In this document: positions 54,850 through 64,000 of the stretch, one piece after another
How positions within the stretch are numbered: the first letter of the stretch is position 1
How the letters are laid out: each line of letters begins with the position of its first letter
Source: Octopus vulgaris
Taxonomy: Eukaryota
DNA: 64,000 bases
NCBI GenBank assembly: GCA_951406725.2
Contig: OX597819.1
Coordinates: 15,624,001 to 15,688,000 of the forward strand
Reading direction: 5' to 3'
Notes under the pieces: generated by a model
What the model was told of the DNA's origin: nothing
What the model saw: only the letters and a program-made list of their open reading frames with translations
The model's database searches: none
Translations under genes and position numbers: made by a program

Positions 54850-56342
54850 TTAGACAGGAACATTCCTCCAGTACTATCTTTCATCTTTTACTTGTTTCAG
54901 TCATTGGATTACGGTCATGCTGGGGCACCACCTTGAAGAGCTTAGTTGAACAAATCAACCCCAGTAATCTGCTTTTTTTAATTTTTGTATTTATTCTTTT
55001 GCTGAAGCACTAAGCTGTGGGGATGTAAACAATCTGACACTGGTTGTCAAGTAGTGGGTGGGGACAAATATACACACTAGCACGTGAAAAACAACATTCA
55101 GGCATGGTCGTTGCCAGTGCCGCCGGACTGGCTCCCGTGCAGGTGGCATGTGAAAAACACCATTTAAGCATGGTCATTGCCAGTACTGCCTGACTGGCCC
55201 TCGTGTCGGTGGCATGTAAAAGCACCCACTACACTCTCGGAGTGGTTGGCATTAGGAAGGACATCCAGCTGTAGAAACTCTGCCAGATCAGATTGAAGCC
55301 TGGTGCAGCCATCTGGCTCACCAGTCCTCAGTCAAACCGTCCAACCCATGCCAGCATGGACATTAAATGATGATGATGCTACCATACAGTTCCTGTCTGC
55401 CAAATTCACTCACAAACCCTACCTAACCCTATAATAGAAGACTCTTGCCCAGGGTACCATGCAGTGGGACTGAACCTTTAACCGTGTAGTAGTAAAATGA
55501 GCTTCTTAACCACACAACCATTCCCTCTGCACCAGTGTAAGTTTTTATATTTTGTTCTTCAGGACTATCCTGTCTACAAATTGCCTTGTGTAGTGTTTTG
55601 GCCTCTACATCATACCTGATCAACAGATAGTGCTTTGGTGATGTTTTTGAACAATTGCTTATCTCCTCAGGGGCATCTTTGGTATAAATTGTACAGAATC
55701 TGCATCAGTTGTTACAACTAGAGGTGCTTTACCTACAACGCTACTGCTTTTGTACATCAGGTATTTTGTTGTTATTTCATTGGGAAAAACACTTCCTTCA
55801 AAAGCAAGAGCTAATATAATGGTTGTTGGTCCAAAGTAGACTGTTTCAGTTATTTCGATGTTATTGCTTCTCTGAAGTTTTCTGACAACATGGCCATATA
55901 TAACCCTGACCTGTTGATCAGCAAAAAGTCTTTTCTTTGATGACGTTGCACTAGTACTGTGTAGATTCCTCAGGTTTGTATCTTTGCTCATCAGCAACAA
56001 GCTCCTTTTCAGCTCTCATAATATTATTTGCTTGGTGGTTAGTTAGTTAGTTAGTTATTTGGCTCAAAAAGCAAAAAAGCAAGGCCATGTAGGTTAATAG
56101 ATGTTGAAGAGATATGTAATATTCAGAGGCTGTTTAGGTGGATGTTAAGCTTCAACTTTCTCTGGGCACCGTTAGTTAAAAGTGTTCAATATTACTATTG
56201 GTATCAAAATTTCTGGAGGTAGTTAATTGTTTTCAGGTTTAAATACGAATAGTACAGATCTTATCTGGCATTGAATCGTATAGTCTAAATGTTGGTATGA
56301 GTACTGGTACAACAAACATATTGTGGGTTAATGAGTTATTAG

Positions 56343-56582
56343 CAGGGCTGTGGAGTCAGAGTCGAAAACAATTAAGGAGGATTCGGAGGAGTTGGAGTAA
56401 CTATACTGACTCTGATTCTGACTCCTGATATCTTTATTCTTTAATATAAACCAGTTTTAACATAAAGGCCTACTCAGAGTACAAGCGTATGCATATGCAT
56501 TATGAGATATGGAGACCACAATCACTTAATTACATAAAGAGGAGTCGGAGTTGAAGTTTTTTGTTTTGACTCTGCACCCCTG
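56343..56582. mobile_element. hAT-type MITE, same family as 22073, opposite orientation
   Basis: CAGGGCTGTGGAGTC...CACCCCTG with TSD GTTATTAG/GTTGTTAG. Confidence 0.82.
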
Positions 56583-57337
56583 GTTGTTAGGGTCTTTTTC
56601 ATGGCTTATGCATTGCAAGATCCCTATTACAAGGACTGTCCTAGATATACTTTATTCAATCAGATTGGAGCCTGGTGCAGCTTTCTGCTCTCCAGACCTC
56701 AGTTAAACCGTCCACCAAAAAGTTTCCCCGCCCCTGTTCTACAACAAAAAGTGTAAGGGCTTCACTGCAAGTATAAACCCCATTAGAGAAATAGTTAAGC
56801 CATTGGGAAGATTATTGAACTGGCTTGTAGATATTTAGGAATATTGATCTTTAGCATACTGCACCCTTGTATCCTTTGAGAATGTTGTAGACTCTCCTTT
56901 CAGTCATCAACATTTTGGTAAGTATCTTAAGGAGGCTGCCAGTCTCTTTAAGGTAACATGCTGGACAAAATATTTAATAGCATTTCTTTCAGCTCTTTAT
57001 GTTCCGAGTTCAAATCCCACTGAGATCAACTTAGTCCTTGCTCCCTTCGGAGTTGATAAAATAAAATGCTAGTTAAGTACTTGGGGTGATGTGATTGACT
57101 TGCCCCCTCCCATCAAAATTGCTGACTTTGAATCTTGTAATGGACTGGTGTTACAGGTAATGTTGTGATCTTTCACTTACTCACCATGAAAACCAGGAAA
57201 CTGGCTTTATGATTCTGAGGGCCCGAGGGTAAAAAGAAAAAAAAAAAGAAACAATCCAAAATCAGATTATCTCAAAAGAAGTTATTGTCAAGTTAATATT
57301 TCTGTCATACTATAAGCCAATCAGGTATCTTCTACAA

Positions 57338-57838
57338 CAGGGGTAGGGGAACCCCTGCCTGTGATCCCATTTTATTGCACCCACAGGCAGATATACTCAT
57401 ATGTACAAAATATAATAAATTTTTCAATCATAAAATTTATACAATATTTGTATGCCTATTTGCGACAGAGGTTGCGTTTCAACTGCAACTTAAAACTCGA
57501 ACAGAAATCGTCCAGTAATTTCCTTTTGAATGGAAATTTTGTTTTCACTATAAAACACATATTGCTAGGTTTGTACCACCCCCTTGAGACCCAACTACAC
57601 TCTAGCTGAAAAATATAGAATGCCGCATAGGTAATATAAACATCCTAAATTCAGTGGCAGTGTTATTGAAGATGTTATGCATTAATTTAATGTGTTAAAC
57701 TTGTCTTTATTAATATATATCGAATTATACATATATATAAGATTTACACAGATATAAGAGTTAGAACTTGTGGTCTGCCCATGGACCTTTTTCATTGGCA
57801 GTTTTTGCCCGCAGCACCAAAAAGTTTCCCCGCCCCTG
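57338..57838. mobile_element. hAT-type non-autonomous element
   Basis: CAGGGGTAGGGGAAC...GTTTCCCCGCCCCTG TIRs with an exact 8-bp TSD, TTCTACAA. Confidence 0.9.
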
Positions 57839-58641
57839 TTCTACAACAAAAAGTGTAAGGGCTTCACTGCAAGTATAAACCCCATTAGAGAAAGCTTGTC
57901 TTCTTGATATATACCCCTGCAATATTTCATTTATTTTCTTACAGACAGTGCAACCATTTCATTATCTTCCTCCTCATTTTACTGTGTACTTTTTCCATGT
58001 TTCTAAGAATCAAATAGAATTTGTTGTGGCAGATTTTCTATGGTCAGATGTCCTTCCTGTCACCAATCTTCTGTTTCCACATTCATAGGAAATAATGGTC
58101 CTGCTTATATAATGGTGGCACTTGCTTATAACTATCATGTGATGTCAAGACAATGAGGCCACCCTCCACACACACACACTCACATATGGCAGGTTTATTT
58201 CAGTTTTCGTTTACCAAATCCACTCACAAGGCTTTAGTCAATTTGAGGCTATAGCAGAAGACCTATGCCAAAGGTACCATCCTGTGGGACTGAACCTGAA
58301 ACCATGTGGTTGGGAAGCAAACTTCTTAACCACAGCCTGCAGCTGTATTCAGTCTCAACGTAGAGGCCCAGGATGAAGCCAGGTTAACTATTGCATTAGT
58401 TATAGTCTCTGGAGCTTTGGCAAATCAAAGGGCCTCAATGAAATCAAATGCTTTCTTGTAATCCTGGCAGTCTCTACCCAAGTTGCTTTTTTGCTGGTCT
58501 TCTTTTGTTGATCAGGAGTTGCTCAGAACATCTTGAAACTTTTTTTTTCCCCCCAACTGTTTGTTTAACTGTAATGATGTTAGAAAATTACCATTTTTAA
58601 ATCTCACAACATGAGATATTCAGCGACAGTACTTTGGAGTA

Positions 58642-58919
58642 AAGATTGTTTGCCAACATAACATGGCAGTCCTGGTTTAGGATCAATGTTGCTGTAATTT
58701 AGCCTCAGGAGACATCGTCTCCAGCTGGCTATACGGCATGATCTGTGTCCTTATATTTTCGAACAAGGGAGCTGAGTGGGGATGCTAAATTCCCTTGTTC
58801 GAAAATATAACGACACAGATTGTGTTGTATAGCCAGCGGGAGATGATGTCTCCTGAGACTAAATTACAGCAACATTGATCCTAAACCAGGACTGCCATGT
58901 TATGTTGGCAAACAATCTG
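58642..58919. mobile_element. Palindromic MITE, Tc1/mariner-like
   Basis: ~128-bp inverted arms with a ~20-bp spacer, TA dinucleotides on both flanks and a CAG-type terminus on the right. Confidence 0.8.
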
Positions 58920-59436
58920 TAATGATGTTGTTACTATCACAGTGATCCAGCTGGAATAGGTTCACTCTGGCTGTATATATTTTATACATGGTATTCTGGC
59001 ACAAGCACCCACTACACTCTGAGTGGTTGGTATTAGGAAGAGCATCAAGCTGTAGAAACACTGCCAGATCAGATTGGAGCCTATTGCAGCTTTCTGCTCT
59101 CCAGACCTCAGTTAAACCGTCCAATAGTTCTTCACCATGTCAATGAATTCATTCTTTACTACCTGGCTTGTTTTGGCCAATGTCCACTTGCTGATATAAA
59201 GTCAGTTTTTGTACCAGTAACTGACAGCCAAGTCTCTTCCTGGTCTTTTGCTATCCTGAATTTTTTCCTTTTTGCTTTTTTACTGTCTTTGTAGGTGCAA
59301 GTGTGGTTGTATGATTGAGAAGCTTGTTTCTCAACCATGTGCGGTGCCTTGGGCAAGTGTCTTATGCTTATGACATCTTATTAAACAAAGCCTTGTGGGT
59401 GGATTTGGTTGACAAAAACTTGAGGAAGCCCATCAT

Positions 59437-59475
<39 letters not shown>

Positions 59476-59645
59476 TTCAGCAAAATTTAGATTCAGATGA
59501 ATATGGTATTTAAGTTAAAGGCACCAGAATTTGGTATGGTATTATCCATATAAATGAAATGGGGTGATTATAATCAAAATAGGCAACAAGGATATCCAAG
59601 GTAGTGTAGTACAATCGTTTCATGCTACTTCATTTTATTAAACAA

Positions 59646-60626
59646 CTAGCATTAAAGACCCGTCGTTGCCGGGTCATAGTGCTAGTGCATGTATATATGT
59701 GTACATATTACATGTACATCTATATATATATACATCTACACATAAAATACAAAATACAAAGTTATATCTTGATATCGCTAGTGATAACAATACTCAAAAA
59801 ATATAAAAGACTGGAATTGTTAGCCCGTCTCTTGTAATTTCGATCAATTGTATCTTGTCCTCCCTCCCTCTTGTATAGAAGTGTGGCTACAATCCAGCCT
59901 ACCTCTACTTCTGGGGGGGATAAAAAAATTTTTTCCGGGACGTCCTATGTCCCAGATATAAAGATAAAAATAAAATATTTCCACTTTGCAAGTTCGAGTC
60001 AAGTACTCCTTTGCACGCTCTGTTGACTCGAACCTTGCTTCTATTGTGGCGAATTTACCACCTCTGATTAAATACCTTTCATAGTCGCACCAAGACACTT
60101 TTCGAAGGTGCTTTCCTTCATGTGTTTAAATCTTCTTTTTTCTCTACATTGTATACTTTATAGACAATAGTCTTTTCTTTAATTTAATTTTTTATTATCC
60201 ATCTGGACTATTCCATTTCTGCACGCTAATTTTATTTTTAATTTATTCCCATTCATGTGAAACCACTTATTTAAGTTCAAATCATTGATGCAATTTTATA
60301 CCAATTGCTATTTTTACTTTTAATTATTACTTACTACATATAATTCAATTGTTATTATTATTTTTATTGTTAAAGTGAAAGTATCGAACATAAAATAAAG
60401 AAATGTTTTTGTTTCACTTTTAACACGTAATACTGAAATAGTGGAGAAGATATGATATTGCTATGGGCTCGCTCTAGGCAAGAAGTTGAACATTTTTTTT
60501 GCCGATGACACTCCCCGGACCTTAAGTAAGGCATGTGTAAAATTTGAATGAAATTGGTTGTGTAGTTCTCAAGTTTTAGGGAAACACACAGACAGACACA
60601 CATTCTCAGTTTTGTATATATAAAGA
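59646..60626 (-). mobile_element. Non-autonomous Helitron
   Basis: On the minus strand: 5' TC, subterminal hairpin GACCCG..CGGGTC and 3' CTAG, inserted between A and T with no TSD. The empty site can be rebuilt from the inverted copy at 60845-60870. Confidence 0.9.
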
Positions 60627-60814
60627 TGTAAGTATTACATCAGTTTTAAAATATAGAGCTATCTTCAGCTGCAGATGGAGAAGGACCTTCTACTACCATG
60701 TTCTTAATGATGAAATTAACCTCTCTGTCTATATATCTACCTTCTTTGTAATGTTGGCAAATGAAATAAGTATAAAAATGTACATTGTCTATTTAATTAA
60801 AAAAAATTCTATAT

Positions 60815-60900
60815 GTAATTGAAGATTGCTCGACATTTTAAAACTGATGTAATACTTGAATTGTTTAATAAAATGAAGTAGCATGAAACGATTGTACTAC
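60815..60900 (+). ncRNA. Degenerate hammerhead motif in an inverted pLTR-like repeat
   Basis: GUAA-UUGAAGA-UUGCU...AGCA-U-GAAA-CGAUUG-UA-CUAC. The inverted partner (59606-60672, split by a Helitron) keeps CUGAAGA. Confidence 0.55.
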
Positions 60901-61029
60901 ACTACCTTGGATATCCTTGTTGCTTATTTTGATTACATATATATATATATATATATTATTATTATTATTATTATTATAATATGTAGAAAAATACAAACTG
61001 GGACAAGAACGCAAAACACTAGAAGACGA

Positions 61030-61187
61030 TACAAGAAAACATGGATGGGACATTCGAAGCCCTCAATCTTCAGTCAAGAACTGGATCATTGTAGCAATTT
61101 TGGCTGATTAATCTTGAATACAAAAAACACGGACGGGACATTCGAAGCCCTCAATCTTCAGTCAAGAACCGGATCATCGTAGCAATT
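61030..61187. repeat. Tandem duplication of a ~70-bp unit
   Basis: TACAA.AAAACA.GGA.GGGACATTCGAAGCCCTCAATCTTCAGTCAAGAAC.GGATCAT.GTAGCAATT occurs twice. Confidence 0.85.
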
Positions 61188-63261
61188 ATATAAATATATA
61201 TATATACACACACACACTCCCACACACACATCAAGTTGTAGAAAAATCTGCCTCAATAAATTCCATCTGATCAGTGAAGCATGAAAAAGTGGGCGTTAAA
61301 TAATGATAATGTTAACAAGTGTCAAGAACCTTACCATTGGCACTGTATACTTCTAGTCACATCACTTCTTGGTTAAGCAACTTCTATCACAATCCTGAAT
61401 AGGAACCACTATTATTGACTGTCTTCTCATCTCTGTTACATTGCAGAATGGTTTTCAAATGTCTTGTTAATTGGTCTTCTTTTGGCTACTTTGTTGTTTT
61501 GATAATGGAATTTCTTTTCACTAACAGCTTTTAACTACTGTTTTGAAGAGGATCAGTGTCTTGCAGACGTTCTCTTATGGTGAGACGTGTGTGTGTGTTT
61601 ACCATTTTTTTAAAGTCCTCCTTCTGTGCTGGCATGAATTGGGTGATCTGACAGGAGCTGGCTCTGCTGTCTGCTTAGACATGGTTTCTATGTCTTGTTG
61701 CCCTTCCTAATGCCAACCACTCCACAGAATCTACTGGGTGCTTTTAATGTGGTACCACTAGCATTGAGGTCATGGCAAAATTGTTGTTATGTCAGACAAA
61801 ATGCTTAGTGGCATTCCTTCTGGCCCTTTATGCTCTGAGTTCAAATCCTACTGAGGTCAGTTTTGCCTTTCTTCCCTTCAGCATTGATAAAATAAAGTAC
61901 CAGTCAGATACTAGGATCAGTGTAATTGATTTGTCCCTTCTTTTCAAATCTGCGATGGACTGGTGATCTATTTAAAAAGGAATGTTTGTGATCTCGGTCA
62001 CTTATGTGCTGTGGAAACAGGGTAACTGGATTTATGTGTCCTTGGGCTTAAGGAAAAAGAAAAGAAAAAATGTGTGTATATATTTATGTGATACCCGTGC
62101 CGGTGGCACGTAAAAAGCACCATCCAAACGTGGCCGATGCCAGTGCTGCCTTGACTGGCTTCTGTGCTGGTAGCACGTAAAAAGCACCAACCTATCGTGG
62201 CTGCTGCCAGCCTCCCCTGGCACCTGTGCCAGTGGCATGTAAAAAGCACCCACTACACTCACGGAGTGGTTGGCGTTAGGAAGGGCATCCAGCTGTAGAA
62301 ACACTGCCAGATCAGACTGGAGCCTGGTGTAGCCTCCTGGCTTCCCAGACCCCGGTCAAACCGTCCAACCCGTGCTAGCACAGAAAACGGACGTTAAATG
62401 AGGATGATGATGATAAATATATATGATCAGAGACAGAAAATGGAATTCACAAGATACTTTATTCATATCCACTACAATTGTTTCAACTTATCCTGTATCT
62501 ATACTTCACAGGTGAGATGTTGTACAATCGTCTTGCAGCACACGTGCAGATTGATGAAATCTCTCAAATTGTAAACAATTGTCATTGTTTTACAAGCAAT
62601 ATCATTCATTTCCAGTGTTCCGCAGAAACATGTTTGGCCATGGGAAATACTACCTTGCTTGGAAACAGGTGAAGGTTGGCAACAGGAAGTGCACCCAGTC
62701 AAAGAAAATCTGCCTCGTTAATGCCATCTGAGCCATGCAATCATGGAAAAACTGATATTAAATGATCTATTAGGAAAAACCCTCTATTGCCCTCTAACCT
62801 CTCACTTGGAACAAAACCACTTCCCTCGGTACCACTCACTCTCCCAACCAAGAAGGCCTTAACTCACAAGGTGCTTGGTGACCCCACTGGTGTTGGAACC
62901 ACGTAAAAAAGCTCCCATGCTGGTGCCACATAAAAGGCACTCAGTATACTCTGTTAAGTGGTTGGTGCTAGGAAGGGCATTTGGCTGTAGAGAGAAAACC
63001 AAAACGGACAATGGAGCATGATGCAGTTCTCTGGCTTGCCGGATCCTATAAAACTGTCCAACCCATGCCAACATGGAAGCTGGACGTTAAATGACGACAG
63101 ATATATGTGTGTGTATGTCTCACCCATGCCAGCATGGAAGGCAGACATTAAATGATGATGATGATGATACTGAATTAGTGCTTAAGTCATCCTATTGGGT
63201 GATCATGATTAATTGTAGTTTTCTTTGATAAAATCTTTCATGTTGTATTTGTTGATATATT

Positions 63262-63495
63262 CATTATTTACATTTGATGGATATTTGTCCTTATCTTGTT
63301 TGTTGTTAACACAATGTTTCAGCTGATAAACCCTCCAGCCTTCATCAGGTGTCTTGGGGACATTTCGAACCAGGGTTCTCATTCCTAAGGTATTTTTTGA
63401 TGTTATTATTATTATTATTATTTAGGTCACAGCCTGGAATTGAACTTGGAATCTTGGGGTTAGTAGCCCACGCTCTTAACCACTATGCTATATGC
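63262..63495 (-). mobile_element. tRNA-headed SINE-like element with hammerhead motif (copy B)
   Basis: A box TAGCATAGTGG, anticodon-like arm, B box GTTCAATTCC and (AAT)n linker, then GACAC-CUGAUGA-A-GGCUG..CAGCU-GAAAC-AUU-GUGUU at 63308-63353. A second copy lies at 48384. Confidence 0.75.
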
Positions 63496-64000
63496 TCGTT
63501 GATATATTGTTCAAACAAGTTTCTTGCTTATGGAGCAGTTTGGAGAGTATAGCATCCTGTCATTTAAGACTTGTGTTTTGAATCACAGGGGTGTCGTATA
63601 TATACACACACACACACACGTGGAGCCCCCTAGCACTGTGGAGATAATAATTTTTTCATAGAATTTAGCAGGATTAAATGTTTGAAGTTGAAATTAAAGA
63701 ATAAGGAAAACGGTGCCTAGGATATACATATTTAAAAATTTTACTTTGCTAATTTATTACAAAGGTCTCAAAGTCTTTAGTAATCATGTACATACATACA
63801 TAGATATATAATTAGTGCTTTAGCACTCATTTTTCATCCCATCTATAACCTATTTAAAATGGTAATGGTGCTTAGATTTTCTGTATCCAAATTTTGTCCT
63901 GATAACATTTTATTTATGTCATTTGAATTAACTACATATTTTTGTATATTAATTAAGTAATTATATTGATTGTGATGTCTACTTCAAGTTCTAGTGCAGA

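Noticed and set aside
55659-56000. 113-aa minus-strand ORF
   Set aside because: No recognisable domain or good splice sites. Possibly a decayed retroelement, but not assignable.
63425-63495. Possible tRNA gene (ACT anticodon loop)
   Set aside because: Acceptor and T stems pair poorly, and it is the head of a repeated element. The same applies to the other SINE heads.

Overview
AT-rich, repeat-dense animal genomic DNA. The SINE/LINE families and long (TA)n tracts point to an octopus (coleoid cephalopod); this is inferred from repeat content. The only recognisable host protein-coding gene is the 5' part of a pecanex (PCNX) gene on the minus strand. It has four phase-compatible coding exons (33760-33912, 15950-16170, 13281-13456, 3595-4611) and continues past the left edge. 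A second probable promoter/first exon lies near 49.8-51.5 kb. The rest is mobile DNA: tRNA-derived SINEs, RTE and CR1-like LINE fragments, a Penelope-like GIY-YIG fragment, four non-autonomous Helitrons, and piggyBac-, hAT-, Tc1/mariner- and foldback-type MITEs. The most notable unannotated signal is a set of type I hammerhead-ribozyme motifs in at least four sequence families. One family is a two-copy ~235-nt element joining a tRNA-like Pol III head to a hammerhead tail. Also present are several long inverted repeats in pecanex intron 1, SINEs nested antisense inside their own family, a twin-primed RTE insertion and a locally templated patchwork duplication. All calls come from reading the sequence by eye; no searches or folding were run.
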